This document shows positions 9,910-20,823 of a stretch of DNA of 64,000 nucleotides, piece by piece. Every line of letters starts with the position of its first letter. Position 1 is the first letter of the stretch. The stretch lies in contig CAXXYE010000009.1 in NCBI GenBank assembly GCA_963674865.2, forward strand, positions 1-64,000, given 5' to 3'. A program made the position numbers and the translations under genes. Source of the DNA: Candidatus Hydrogenedentota bacterium (lineage in GTDB: Bacteria; Hydrogenedentota; Hydrogenedentia; Hydrogenedentales; SLHB01). Under the pieces are notes generated by a model. It searched no databases, was not told the DNA's origin, and saw nothing but the letters and a program-made list of their open reading frames with translations.

Positions 9910-12480
9910 TCACGAAGGCGGCTTAGACTCTGCGAGCAATGTATCTCGTTTCGTTACGAGTACCTTACTGCGATGGATTTCCAGGAGTCTGATCAGTTCG
10001 GCGGGCTTTGCCACGATGCCGCCAACCAGGACAACGAGCACATCGATAACCGCCCCGACTCCTTGGCGGGGCCGCACCGTGAGCGTGCGGACGCTGGGGC
10101 GCAGATCTACTACCTTTACGCTCGGCCCCTTCTTGCGGCCTCGAGGGCGTGTCTTCCGTTCACACGTCAGCGTGTCCGCGGCGATGAGTTGCTCCGCCGC
10201 CTCGGACAGCGCGGCTGCGTCGCCGTCCTCCACCTCGATGGTGTACGCGAAGCCTACGACCGCGCTCATCAAGGAGGGTGTCCCGAGAGGCACCTCGGCC
10301 ACGGCGGATGCCATGAATCCCGAGGGCAAGGTGTCTTGGAGCCGCATCAGCAGGGCCTGTGGCTCCACGCGCTCCCGCAAGACCACGTCCATGTATTCCC
10401 CTTCGGACGCCTCTCCCACCGGCAGGGCCGTTGAGAACGTCACTTTCGGGTGGGCGTGGTATCCCTGCGAGTGAGCTACCGGCGCCTTCGCGCGCCGGAG
10501 CGCTCGTGTCCATGCCGTCATCCACTCGAGATGCGAGAGGAAGCGCGCTTCACCGTTCCGGCCGACGCGGAATCGCAAGCGCTGGGCAGGAGGGGGCTCC
10601 TCACGCGCATCCCGCGCGCCGGAAGGCTCGGGCTTCTGTTTTCGCGCCTGTTCCGCCCGCGCCAACATCGTTGCGCAGAGGCCGGGCTCGCGTTCAATAA
10701 TGCCGCAGCGATTGCAGCCGCTCACGCGGCAATCCCCCGCCCGCCCCCCCCCCAACGCCCGCTTCCTCTCATCGAAAAACCAGGATTTCGGAACAAGGAT
10801 ATCGATGTGATCCCAGGGAAGGCGCTCATCCGGAGCGCGCTCGCCTAACGCTTGCGATACGTTGTAGTCCACGACCTCGATGGCATCCAGCCACGCGGGG
10901 AAGTTGAAATACTCGCTTGAAGTGTCCAAACGCGCGCCGCGCTCGAAGGCGGCTTCAATGAGCGCTGCTGCTCGCCGATCGCCCCGTGCGATCAGCCCTT
11001 CGATGAAACTCGATTCCGCGGCGTGGCGGCCGTATTTGATGCCTGCGCAGCGCCGGAATCCCTCCGAGAGGATCGCCTGACGTCGAAGGGTCTCCTCGTG
11101 GTCAATCTGCGCACACCACTGGAATGGCGTGAAAGGTTTAGGCACAAACGTCGAAATCCCGGTGAATACTTGGGCCTTTCTGTTGACTTTCCGGCCGTCT
11201 TCCAGCGTTCGGCGGCAGAGCTCCACGATGGCGCGGACATCCTCATCGGATTCCGTCGGCAAGCCGATCATGAAGTAGCACTTGACGTGATTCCACCCAA
11301 GCCGAAAGGCTTCTGAGGTCACGGCCAGCACGTCATCATCCGTAATCCATTTGTTGATAACGGCCCGAAGGCGTGGTGTCGCCGCCTCCGGCGCGAAGGT
11401 GAGTCCGCTCCGGCGCACGCCCGCCACCATATCCGCGAGTGCCACGGAGAAGCCGTCCAGGCGTAGCGAAGGCAGCGAGACGGCCGTATCACTCGGCGCC
11501 GCCCGCTCGACGACGCGGGCGAGCAACTCGCCTACGCCCGAGTAGTCGCACGTGGAGAGCGATACCAGCGATACTTCCTCGTAGCCGGTTCTTTCGAGCG
11601 CCTGCTCCAGGATTTGGTCGATGCAGTCCACGCTCCGCTCTCGCACCGGGCGGCCCACCATGCCCGCCTGGCAGAACCCGCATCCCCGCGTGCATCCGCG
11701 AAAGACCTCGATGCCCGCGCGGTCATGAACCTGTTGCGTAAACGGCACCACCAAGTCCGCGGGGAACGGGGCGCGATCCAGATCGCGTACGACCCGGCGG
11801 ATGATCTTCGGCGCGTCGGCACGCGGAAGGACGCGCCCGTCCGGCAATGTCTCAACCGGGTAGAGTGCCGGAACGTAGACGCCGGGCACCGCGGCCAAAG
11901 CATCGAGGCGCTTTTCTCTCCTTGCCCCCCGCAGGCTGCGCAGCACCGTCGCTACCTCGACGATAGCCTCCTCGCCGTCGCCGATGATGAAGCAGTCGAT
12001 AAACGGCGCCAGCGGCTCCGGATTCAACGCGCCGGGGCCACCAGCGCAGATGATGGGATGCGCGTCCGCCCGCCCCGAGGCACGTAGCGGCAGGCCGCTC
12101 AGATCAATCATGTTCAGTACGCTTGTGTACGTCAGTTCCGATTGGAGCGTGAAGCCGACGAGATCCAAGTCACTGAGAGCATCTTTGGATTCATAGGCGT
12201 ACAGAGGAAGCCCGCGCTCACGCAGCGCTGCTTCCATGTCGGGCGCGGGCGCGTATGTTCGCTCCGCCCAGCACCAGGGGAGATCGTTCAGGATCGTGTA
12301 AAGGATGTGGAGCCCGAGGTTTCCGAGGCCCAAGTCGTATAGATCCGGGAAGGCCAAGGCCACCCTTAGTTCGACCTCCTCGGGGGGCTTATGGACGCTG
12401 TTGAACTCGGTGCCGACGTAGCGCGATGGCCGCTGTACGGTGGGAAGCAGCTCGCGGTTGAGGATCTCACGCAGGTTCAT
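9910..12480 (-). CDS. B12-binding radical SAM protein (TIGR03960-like) fused to a DUF2344 (TIGR03936-like) domain
   Basis: RPSRYVGTE, FPDLYDLG, CTRGCGFC, TFAPEAA, FVPKPFTPFQW; C-terminal RFLSHLE..AHSQGYHAHPKVTF. Confidence 0.92.
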   Translation of the reverse strand: MNLREILNRELLPTVQRPSRYVGTEFNSVHKPPEEVELRVALAFPDLYDLGLGNLGLHILYTILNDLPWCWAERTYAPAPDMEAALRERGLPLYAYESKDALSDLDLVGFTLQSELTYTSVLNMIDLSGLPLRASGRADAHPIICAGGPGALNPEPLAPFIDCFIIGDGEEAIVEVATVLRSLRGARREKRLDALAAVPGVYVPALYPVETLPDGRVLPRADAPKIIRRVVRDLDRAPFPADLVVPFTQQVHDRAGIEVFRGCTRGCGFCQAGMVGRPVRERSVDCIDQILEQALERTGYEEVSLVSLSTCDYSGVGELLARVVERAAPSDTAVSLPSLRLDGFSVALADMVAGVRRSGLTFAPEAATPRLRAVINKWITDDDVLAVTSEAFRLGWNHVKCYFMIGLPTESDEDVRAIVELCRRTLEDGRKVNRKAQVFTGISTFVPKPFTPFQWCAQIDHEETLRRQAILSEGFRRCAGIKYGRHAAESSFIEGLIARGDRRAAALIEAAFERGARLDTSSEYFNFPAWLDAIEVVDYNVSQALGERAPDERLPWDHIDILVPKSWFFDERKRALGGGRAGDCRVSGCNRCGIIEREPGLCATMLARAEQARKQKPEPSGARDAREEPPPAQRLRFRVGRNGEARFLSHLEWMTAWTRALRRAKAPVAHSQGYHAHPKVTFSTALPVGEASEGEYMDVVLRERVEPQALLMRLQDTLPSGFMASAVAEVPLGTPSLMSAVVGFAYTIEVEDGDAAALSEAAEQLIAADTLTCERKTRPRGRKKGPSVKVVDLRPSVRTLTVRPRQGVGAVIDVLVVLVGGIVAKPAELIRLLEIHRSKVLVTKRDTLLAESKPPS

Positions 12481-12557
12481 TGGGCGCTCCAAGCGGGACA
12501 CGCATCGGTTTGGCCAGCGGACAGCCACGGCGCACGGCGAAACAAGCGAAACACAGC

Positions 12558-13805
12558 TTATGCCCCGGCCTTATCCGAGGATTGGGCGAAATGCGTCTCG
12601 ACGTAGTCATCCACGATCCCGATGAAGGCCCGTGCCAATGCCTCAGGTTCCCCGGAGAGCGTTTGGGATCGCTCGCCATCCACGTACACCGGGCAGTCCG
12701 GCGCCTCACCAGTACCGGGGAGGCTGATGCCGATGTTCGCTCCCTTCGATTCTCCCGGGCCGTTGACGATGCATCCCATGACGGCGAGGGTCATGTTCTC
12801 GACGCCTGGACAGCGCCGCCGCCACTCGGGCAGCCGTTCGCGGACGTGCTCCTGAACGCGCAGGGCAAGCTCCTGGAATGTTGTACTCGTTGTACGGCCG
12901 CAGCCGGGGCACGCCGTGATGGTGGGCATAAACGAGCGCAAGCCGAGGGCCTGCAGGAGTTCACAAGCGGCGTACACCTCCTCGCGCCGATCTCCGTCGG
13001 GACTCGGCGTCAGGGAGATACGAATCGTGTCGCCGATTCCGTCGGCCAGCACGACGCCCATCGCCGCCGCCGACCATACCAGGCCCTTGACGCCCATCCC
13101 GGCCTCTGTCAAGCCCAGGTGGATAGGTTGATCCGTGCGCTTCGCCAATTCGCGGTGGATCTCGATCAAGTACTTCGGGACGGAGGTCTTGCAGGAGAGG
13201 ATGATCTGTTCCTTGCGCAGGCCGGCCGACAGCGCCAACTCCGTCGATTCGAGCGCCGAGATGATCATGCACTCATTAATGACCTCCTTCGACGACTTGC
13301 CCAGATTCCGCGTTGTGTTCTCCGCCATTCTTTGCAGGACAAGATCCCGATCCAACGAGCCGCCGTTTACGCCGATTCGGACGGCCTTGCCGTGTTCGGA
13401 CGCCACCCGGCAGATAGTCATGAAATGCTCGTCGCCGGTTGTGCCGGCGCCGACGTTTCCGGGATTGATACGGTACTTATCGAGAGCCGCCGCGCACTCC
13501 GGAAACTCGGTGAGCAGTACGTGCCCGTTGTAATGGAAATCGCCCACCAGCGGAGCATCGCACCCGGCGTCGCGCACTCGGCGGGCAATCTCAGGCACTG
13601 CGCGCGCCGCCTCCCGCGTATTCACCGTGAACCGCACGAGCTCCGAGCCGGCCTCCGCCAGGATACACACCTGCTTCGCCGTTTCCTCGGCGTTGGCTGT
13701 GTCGGTGTTTGTCATGGACTGGACGACCACCGGCGCGCCGCCGCCTACCTGGACGCGCCCCACCATTACGGGCACCGTCATTCGACGATTGGCCACAGAC
13801 TCCAC
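12558..13805 (-). CDS. ispG: (E)-4-hydroxy-3-methylbut-2-enyl-diphosphate synthase
   Basis: VQSMTNT, DFHYNG, RINPGN, RIGVNGGSL, HLGLTEAG, CPGCGRT, MGCIVNGPGE. GTG start at 13805 after a purine-rich RBS. Confidence 0.97.
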   Translation of the reverse strand: MESVANRRMTVPVMVGRVQVGGGAPVVVQSMTNTDTANAEETAKQVCILAEAGSELVRFTVNTREAARAVPEIARRVRDAGCDAPLVGDFHYNGHVLLTEFPECAAALDKYRINPGNVGAGTTGDEHFMTICRVASEHGKAVRIGVNGGSLDRDLVLQRMAENTTRNLGKSSKEVINECMIISALESTELALSAGLRKEQIILSCKTSVPKYLIEIHRELAKRTDQPIHLGLTEAGMGVKGLVWSAAAMGVVLADGIGDTIRISLTPSPDGDRREEVYAACELLQALGLRSFMPTITACPGCGRTTSTTFQELALRVQEHVRERLPEWRRRCPGVENMTLAVMGCIVNGPGESKGANIGISLPGTGEAPDCPVYVDGERSQTLSGEPEALARAFIGIVDDYVETHFAQSSDKAGA

Positions 13806-14013
13806 GGACTTCTCTCCTTGTTCGGTACTACGGCCCAAAGCGTAGTCTTTCTCACGGGTGCTGCGCAAGGCACGCCGCGCTCGCGGGCATCGACAGGAGG
13901 CCCCTGCGCGCAGGTTTCTTCGGGCGCAAGGTGTGTGATATAGTGAACTTACCATGCGGGCTGGAGTTCCATTTTCCCGCAGCGCAGACGGACGGAAGAA
14001 CACCATAGGGGCG

Positions 14014-15219
14014 ATGGCCCGTTCGTCAGTGTGCGGATCTATTCTATTTCTCGCCGCGGTGTGCGCTACGGCGGACACCATCACTGTTAAGGGCAAGACG
14101 TACGAGGATGTGCTCGTCAATGAAGGCACATCCATGTACTACGTTCGACTTCCCAAAACGGGCGAGGTGCTCAATGTCCCCAAGGATGACGTGGATCGCG
14201 AAGCCATCGTCATCAATCACGGCCGCCGCTACCGCGCTGATCTGAGGAAGGAATTCGCCAAGAACCGGACGCGGCAGGCCGCGCCCGAGAGTGTTCCGGT
14301 GAAACCTGCGACGAGCGCCGCGTCGCCCGAAAAGCGTGACGCGCCGGAGAATCGCTACTTTGAGAGGAACGGGATTGTCGCCCTTCCTCGCCGCAATGGC
14401 GCCCCTGTCTTCACAAGCAATCCTGACAAGTATCTTCAGAAGAAAGCCGGGCGCTCTATCTTCGTCAACCGCACCGGCGTGCCCTATTTCACGAACCTGA
14501 AGGGCAATTACCGGGGGCAAGAGGAATACGTCGAGGTGGCCCTTCACCTGGACGTCATCAAAGTCGACAATAAGTACAGGAAGTTCAAGTCGCCTACCGA
14601 CTACACCAATGCCACCATTGCCCAATTGGTGAGAGAGTATGCCAAATTTTATGGACTCGACGAGGATCTGATCTTCGCGGTCATTCGTGCCGAGAGCGCC
14701 TTCGACCCCATGGCCGTTTCCCCGGCCGGCGCCCGCGGCTTGATGCAGCTCATGCCCGGTACGGCCCTGGAGATGGGCGTCACCGATATCTTTGATCCCG
14801 CGCAGAATATCGCCGGCGGCACTCAATATCTCTCCCGGATGCTCAACCTATTTGACAATGACCCCTCCCTCGCCCTGGCCGCGTACAACGCCGGCCCGGG
14901 GGCCGTGAAGAAGTACGGCGGCGTCCCCCCTTACAAAGAGACTCAGAACTACATCAAGATCGTCGAGCGTTTCAGGCAGGAGTTCAAGAACGGCCGTGTG
15001 GATTACGCCTACCTGGCCAAGGCCCATCGAGTGGACAGGTCGTTTCTGCCGTCTTCGAGCGGCAGCCACCACACGATTGTGTTGCGCAACGGGTGGACGC
15101 AACCGGCCGACGATATCCTCGTCGGAGAGAGCGGGTATTACATCGCCAGGTTTCAGGGAAGGGAAACGCGCGTCAAGAAGAGTGACGTGACGAAAATCAT
15201 TCGCGGAGAAAAGGCCTGA
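14014..15219 (+). CDS. Secreted soluble lytic transglycosylase (SLT domain)
   Basis: Signal peptide; IRAESAF, GARGLMQLMP, AAYNAGPG, PYKETQNY. Confidence 0.92.
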   Translation: MARSSVCGSILFLAAVCATADTITVKGKTYEDVLVNEGTSMYYVRLPKTGEVLNVPKDDVDREAIVINHGRRYRADLRKEFAKNRTRQAAPESVPVKPATSAASPEKRDAPENRYFERNGIVALPRRNGAPVFTSNPDKYLQKKAGRSIFVNRTGVPYFTNLKGNYRGQEEYVEVALHLDVIKVDNKYRKFKSPTDYTNATIAQLVREYAKFYGLDEDLIFAVIRAESAFDPMAVSPAGARGLMQLMPGTALEMGVTDIFDPAQNIAGGTQYLSRMLNLFDNDPSLALAAYNAGPGAVKKYGGVPPYKETQNYIKIVERFRQEFKNGRVDYAYLAKAHRVDRSFLPSSSGSHHTIVLRNGWTQPADDILVGESGYYIARFQGRETRVKKSDVTKIIRGEKA

Positions 15220-15246
15220 GCCTTCCCCGGCGGCGTGACATGCGCA

Positions 15247-16923
15247 TCAGTCCGCGGCCGCTATCAGTATCCTCCCCCTCATCATGTCTGTTTCCGCGGC
15301 GAGTTCCGCGGCCTCATTATCCCGGCCTGTGTCTATGAGCATCTGGCGTAGCCGCTCCCGGCAGTCGAAATCCAGCGGGAGTTCGGGCAGTCCATTCTGA
15401 AGCGTGCGCACGGCCTCGTTCTTCCTCCCCGTGGCCCACTGGAGCTCCGCCCGAAGGCTGATGCCCTTGTTATTGTCCGGATCCAGCTCGGCGGCTTGCG
15501 CGAGGTGGTCTTCCGCCAATTCCGGTTCACCAAACCGGGCCACGAGTCGGGCGAGCCGGACGTGGGCCTCGGCTTGGACTATGGCGAGAGACGCCTGCCC
15601 TTCCGCTACGGCCCGGGACCACCGGTTCCAGAACGGGCACCCCGCATGCCCGAGGATAAGTTCCGCGCCCTCAAGCGAGTCCCCCTTCAAGACGGCTTCG
15701 AGGTGCTGCGCCTCCAGGTGGTCGAGGCCATAGGCACCCGCGAAAGTGGCCATGTTCAACGCGCACGGCGCCGATCCGGGCTCAAGCTGCCCGGCGCGGG
15801 CGAAGGCTTTGATGCAGCGCTCCACCGCCGCCCGATCACTCGCCGCCTCTGGGGCCGGAATCAGATGCCGGCCTATCGCCGTCCAGGTGCGCGGATCCGA
15901 AGGGCGTGCACGCGCCAGTGCGTTCACCATGCGCTCGCCCAGCGGCGCGTACACAGGCCAACGTGAGAAGCCGAACAGGAGGAGATCCTGATACAGACGC
16001 TCTTCCGGCGGCAGCTCGCGGAAACGCCGTGCGCCACGTCCACGCGCAGCCACCCAGTCAATAAGTGCATCGAGCCGGTTCTCGCCGGCGAATTCGACCG
16101 CCCGCGCGAGGCCCTTCTGACGGATCGATTCCGCCTCTTCGGGATGTTGAAGGATGTGGGTGATACGCTCTTCCAGATTCTTCTCGTTGTAGAGTACGAC
16201 GTCGACGCCATCCTCGAACCAGTCGCGGACCTCATGATTGTCGTCTTCGATAAAGGGGACGGCGCCGCAGGCGAGTGTCTCAAAGACGCGCAGGTTAAGT
16301 TCTCCGCGCAGCGTGTGGTTGAACGCGATCCGCGCGCGGTTGAGTAAGCGGACATAGTCCTCGCCGAAGTATCCCGAAGCGATGAGGATTCGGTGGCGCG
16401 GCGCCATCCGTGCCAGGCGTTCCAGGTAGTGTGCCCGGCGATGGTGCGCGGCCGCGCTGAGGCTGCCTACGTAGACGACATCCAGGTCTTTGGCAACCGA
16501 CATGGATCGGTGCACGGAACTCACCTGCGAATACAGCGGGAACAGGTACAAGGGCTCTACCAAGGCGCTTCGGAACACGTCCACCCCGGCCCTGTCACAC
16601 AGGACTGCGTCGAAACGCGCCAGATTGACGGAGAGGACGGGATAGTAGACGTGCCAATCCGACACGAGCGCCGCGGTAGGGATCGCCGATTCCTCGATGC
16701 CCATCGGGGGGGGATAGATCTCCGGCGTCCAGCACAGTATTAGCTCCGGTTGCCAAGCGCTCCCCAGCCTTTTGAGGATGTCGTTCATGGACTCCCCTAC
16801 GGGGTCGTACCGGTACTGCGCCGATTCATCGATGCCCAGCCGACGAACATCATGCCGCCCGCGATAGAGGTCCAGAAGCGTGTAGTCGGAGCAGAATGGC
16901 GCGCCGTGGCAGAGAACGTTCAT
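15247..16923 (-). CDS. CgeB/YkvP-type glycosyltransferase with C-terminal TPR region
   Basis: DVVYVGS, YVRLLNRARIAFN, LNLRVFETLACG, FEDGVDVVLY, followed by TPR-like helices. Confidence 0.82.
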   Translation of the reverse strand: MNVLCHGAPFCSDYTLLDLYRGRHDVRRLGIDESAQYRYDPVGESMNDILKRLGSAWQPELILCWTPEIYPPPMGIEESAIPTAALVSDWHVYYPVLSVNLARFDAVLCDRAGVDVFRSALVEPLYLFPLYSQVSSVHRSMSVAKDLDVVYVGSLSAAAHHRRAHYLERLARMAPRHRILIASGYFGEDYVRLLNRARIAFNHTLRGELNLRVFETLACGAVPFIEDDNHEVRDWFEDGVDVVLYNEKNLEERITHILQHPEEAESIRQKGLARAVEFAGENRLDALIDWVAARGRGARRFRELPPEERLYQDLLLFGFSRWPVYAPLGERMVNALARARPSDPRTWTAIGRHLIPAPEAASDRAAVERCIKAFARAGQLEPGSAPCALNMATFAGAYGLDHLEAQHLEAVLKGDSLEGAELILGHAGCPFWNRWSRAVAEGQASLAIVQAEAHVRLARLVARFGEPELAEDHLAQAAELDPDNNKGISLRAELQWATGRKNEAVRTLQNGLPELPLDFDCRERLRQMLIDTGRDNEAAELAAETDMMRGRILIAAAD

Positions 16924-16929
16924 CTGACC

Positions 16930-19515
16930 TTACCCGCCGGCTTTCTGTGCCGATGTCTCCAGGCCGATCACGGCATAGGCGCCCGGCCCGAGCAGCAGCG
17001 CCAGGAGCGCCTCGCCCTGTTCCCCGGACGCCACCGTCAGCGCTTCGCCGTTCAGCCATTCCGTAGCGCTTTGCACACCGGCGATGCCAAGGGCAGGCAG
17101 TCTCAGCGAGAGCGCAACCGATTGTGAGGCATCCGCTGTGTTATGGAGCGTGAAGGCCAAGTTGTCGCTGGCAGCGGCTCCAAAACGCTCGATGCGGACA
17201 GCCTCGGGCACAACCGTGGCATGAGGCACGGGTTCCCACCCGGCTAGATCGAGGCGACGAATGATGGGCACGTATTTCTTGAAGAGCGAGCGATCTCGGT
17301 TGTAATAGGCCGGGGTGGCCCAGTACCAGGGGCTCTTGCCGTCGTGTGCGTGGAACATGCTCGGAAAGATGCCATAGAACATGCTCCGCTGGAAGTACTC
17401 CTCGATATGGGCTCCATCGTCATAGGGGTCGTTCATCAGCGTCCAGAAAGGCCGGCGCGCCGCCATGGCGCGGAAGAACAGGTACAGCTCGTCGCCCGGC
17501 GGGGACCACGCCCCGTCTTTGTAGTAGCTCACCTCACGGCCCGGAACATCTACGTAGGGCATGTGAAACCAGGTTTTGTGAAAGGCGTCGTTCCCCATGA
17601 GAAGCTGGCCTTGCTCGTGGAGGGTCTTCGACAATGCCTTGGCAAAACTGCTGATGCCCCAGAGGTTGAGGAGGCAAACCCGGTTGCCGTTATTGCGGTC
17701 GAAGGTTAGGGGGAACTTCGTCGTGCGCCAATGCTGCTTTCGGTAGTTGAGCAGATTGCCCCAGCCTTCCATGGAATCCAGAAATACACCATCGAACGCC
17801 TTGGCCGACGCGTCCCAACCTAGCAGACTCCGGTATCGCTCGAACTCGTATTGCGCCTTGTTAGGCCAGGAGCCATAGCTTGCCGCGGGCACGTTTGGAT
17901 CGGGATTCAGGCCGAAGGGGACGCGGCTCGTCCAAGCGATGCTCTCAAGATACAGGTCGTTTCGCCCATCGGCCCGCTCTACACCGCTCACGAGGGACGC
18001 CTGCGAGTCCTCAAAACCTGCGCGGGCGTCTTCGTAGAGCTGTGCGCGATAGGCCTCGTATGTCGGCTCCACTTGGCTCGCGTAGCGCGTGATAAGCACG
18101 TCGTCGATCATCAACGGCACGGGTGAGTTGTTGCGCACAGACAGCGAGTTGTCGGCTTCGCTCGTCCACGTGCCCCAGGGAAACCGCCCCGCTTGATGAA
18201 GCCGGGGCGCATGCGCTCCACTTCGCGCCTCCCGGCCGTAGCCCACCCACACTGTCGTCTCATTCCGGCTTATGCTGGCCACAAGCTTGATTGTCACGCT
18301 GTCGGTTCTGGCTATGGGCAGCGGCTCACCGTTCTGGACTCCGTCTGCGGAGAAATCGAACGTCCCGGCTCTAGCAATGTCCCCCGTGGCAGCGCTCTTC
18401 CTGATGCCGCAGAGAAACCGGCCCGACCAGCCCATGTCGAACGTGGGCGTGTCAACGATCTCACTCAGATTGCGAATCGTGAATTCCGCGGCAAGGTCCT
18501 CTGGTTCGTCGGTGGGAAGCCCCGGTACGATCAAGCCGCTGTCAGGCGGGATAGTAGCAACGCCGTTGTGAACATTCACGGCGCCGTCAGCCACGAGCGG
18601 GCCAAGGCTCTCGTCCTCGAAGCCCACTTCCACTACTTCGGAGACACTTCCATGAAGCAGTCGCCAGTCCGTCTGTGGTTCCCGGTACAGGAAACTTGCG
18701 ACACCGAGGGCCTTGTCGGCTTCCGCGAAGGTGGTGTGGTTTTCGTCAAAATCGTGCCAGACGAAGCCGAAATCCTGGGGATTTTCAATAGACTCCAAAG
18801 GCGACTTGGTGAGAAAGGTGCCGCCAGGGCCTGCCCTGCGGCGCAGGACGTCGGCGTGGATGGCATAATACCGGGCGAGGGCACGCCGGAAGGCCCATTC
18901 CGCGGGGACTTCGTAGGCTAACACGGCCCCGTCGCCGCGCGAGCGATACGTAATCGGGATGGCAGACAGGCCAAAATCGAACTCCGCACGGAACTCGAGG
19001 CGGACAGAATCGTAGACGAAGCGCACTGCCCGAGCCGGTTCGATAGGGACGGCCAGGCACAGGGCCGTCGAGCCGTTAGACACCACGGCCAAGGGATATC
19101 TCGAGGCCATGAGCGCCGTGCCGTAGTAGTCGGCCGTCAGGTTTGAGAAAGGCTCCACACCCTCGATGACGCGCCCGCGCTGTGGGCCGTCCCACCATGT
19201 CCAGCCACGTGCATCGAGCGGGAGGCACAAAGCAAGCGTCACCGCCCGATCACGGCCCGTGTCATCCACGGCCGTGCAGCGGTAGGCCCAGACGCCGTCA
19301 TGCACTCCGTGCTCTTCCGAGAGGCGCAACTCAAGGCCGGGAACCGCCCCGTGCTGGGCTGCGGAGAAGTCGGTATTTGCCCCCACATCACGGACTCGCC
19401 AAAGGCCTCCGGCCAATGGCGACGCGGCTCCTGACGCCGGGCCGGCGGCACACGCGCACCACGCCGCAAGACAGGCCAGGATAGTCGTTGGCCACACGGC
19501 GCGCGGCGTTGTCAT
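16930..19515 (-). CDS. Large secreted hypothetical protein, possibly glycoside-hydrolase-like barrel
   Basis: Signal peptide, long ORF with host-like codon use, FDGVFLDSMEGW segment. Confidence 0.6.
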   Translation of the reverse strand: MTTPRAVWPTTILACLAAWCACAAGPASGAASPLAGGLWRVRDVGANTDFSAAQHGAVPGLELRLSEEHGVHDGVWAYRCTAVDDTGRDRAVTLALCLPLDARGWTWWDGPQRGRVIEGVEPFSNLTADYYGTALMASRYPLAVVSNGSTALCLAVPIEPARAVRFVYDSVRLEFRAEFDFGLSAIPITYRSRGDGAVLAYEVPAEWAFRRALARYYAIHADVLRRRAGPGGTFLTKSPLESIENPQDFGFVWHDFDENHTTFAEADKALGVASFLYREPQTDWRLLHGSVSEVVEVGFEDESLGPLVADGAVNVHNGVATIPPDSGLIVPGLPTDEPEDLAAEFTIRNLSEIVDTPTFDMGWSGRFLCGIRKSAATGDIARAGTFDFSADGVQNGEPLPIARTDSVTIKLVASISRNETTVWVGYGREARSGAHAPRLHQAGRFPWGTWTSEADNSLSVRNNSPVPLMIDDVLITRYASQVEPTYEAYRAQLYEDARAGFEDSQASLVSGVERADGRNDLYLESIAWTSRVPFGLNPDPNVPAASYGSWPNKAQYEFERYRSLLGWDASAKAFDGVFLDSMEGWGNLLNYRKQHWRTTKFPLTFDRNNGNRVCLLNLWGISSFAKALSKTLHEQGQLLMGNDAFHKTWFHMPYVDVPGREVSYYKDGAWSPPGDELYLFFRAMAARRPFWTLMNDPYDDGAHIEEYFQRSMFYGIFPSMFHAHDGKSPWYWATPAYYNRDRSLFKKYVPIIRRLDLAGWEPVPHATVVPEAVRIERFGAAASDNLAFTLHNTADASQSVALSLRLPALGIAGVQSATEWLNGEALTVASGEQGEALLALLLGPGAYAVIGLETSAQKAGG

Positions 19516-19516
19516 G

Positions 19517-20662
19517 TCAGTGTCCCGGATCCCAGATCGTCGCGCCGATGTAACGTTCGCAGCCGGTTTCCACGTCATTGAAGTAATAGACGCTCACGAC
19601 TTTGCCGTCAGGGCGTTGGACGCTTCGAGGATAGCCCAGATCCCAAGTGCCGCCGTCATCGCGCAGGATAAGCTCGTCTGACCACGTCCGTCCCTCATCG
19701 CTGCTCAACCGGGCGCACATACGATACGGTTCAGCGCGGACGCCATACACGACGCAAAGGCGCCCGTCCTTGAGCTTCACAAGGGCGGGCGGATTACTGC
19801 TGCCACCCAGCTCCGTTGCTGCGGGGGACAACTCGCGCCAACTGAGCCCGTTGTCCTCCGAGAGGTGGGTCGAAATCCACGCTCCCGGTTTCTCCGCGCG
19901 GCGAACCAGGACAAGCAGGTCGGTTGCCGACAGACGCACAGAGGCCGGCATAATTGCGAAACCTCCCGGCTCGGAATCGATCCACGAGAGCATATTCCAG
20001 ATTCTGCCCCCATCCGTGGTTCTGACGCACAGCGGACGCCCCTCGTTGCCATCGGCCTTGGCCGCCGTAAGAAACAGCGTGCACGTATCTTTGTCGTCCA
20101 CGATGTAATCCGTCCGGGCCGCAATGCCGGGCGTGCCGAAGTTGGGCAGCGCAAATGGCCCCTCCCAGTGTCTGCCTCTATCATACGAGTAGTAGAAATG
20201 AGAGGTGCCGGCGTCGTTGCTTGTCCGCCGCACGGAAAAGGCGAGGTCGGCGTGGGTGAAGTCGATTGCCCCCGTGAATTCCGTCGGCGCCGTCAGTTCT
20301 TCGCCCTCGAGCCGCGTTGTCTCAGCCTCTTCCCCGCGCATACCGTTCTCGTATACGTCCTCGATGGCCCAAGTCTCGCCGCCGTCGAGACTTCGGGCGA
20401 ACATAGGCCGCCTTGGGCTGTCCGGATCGATGCTGTGTCCTTGACGCTCCTTGTGGTGCCCAGCCATGAATCCCACAAGGATCTCATTGCCCCACAGCCA
20501 TATGCCGTGATTTGCCGGCCATCCGCCATAGCGGCCCTTCTCGTAGAAAACCTTGACGTGTTTAGCCCCTTCAACGCGGCCGCCGCCGTGCTGCCCGGAG
20601 GTGGGCCAACCAAGAACCGCGGCTGAAATCAGCGCGGGATGTGAACCGAAACTGCTCATCAT
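19517..20662 (-). CDS. BNR/Asp-box sialidase-family protein
   Basis: Five Asp boxes (SLDGGETW, SYDRGRHW, TTDGGRIW, SEDNGLSW, SSDEGRTW) and DLGYP. AAGGAG RBS. Confidence 0.9.
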   Translation of the reverse strand: MMSSFGSHPALISAAVLGWPTSGQHGGGRVEGAKHVKVFYEKGRYGGWPANHGIWLWGNEILVGFMAGHHKERQGHSIDPDSPRRPMFARSLDGGETWAIEDVYENGMRGEEAETTRLEGEELTAPTEFTGAIDFTHADLAFSVRRTSNDAGTSHFYYSYDRGRHWEGPFALPNFGTPGIAARTDYIVDDKDTCTLFLTAAKADGNEGRPLCVRTTDGGRIWNMLSWIDSEPGGFAIMPASVRLSATDLLVLVRRAEKPGAWISTHLSEDNGLSWRELSPAATELGGSSNPPALVKLKDGRLCVVYGVRAEPYRMCARLSSDEGRTWSDELILRDDGGTWDLGYPRSVQRPDGKVVSVYYFNDVETGCERYIGATIWDPGH

Positions 20663-20823
20663 CGACCAACTCCTTTCCCTTCGAAAACTATCCATGACGC
20701 TCTTGGGCACGGCCGCCGCCTCTGGAACATACGGCCACGAGGACGATTCTAATGAGCGGCACGAGGGCGTTCAATGCGCTCCAGTGCAAGCCTTCGCAGG
20801 TAGAAACGGATGCCTCGTGCAAT

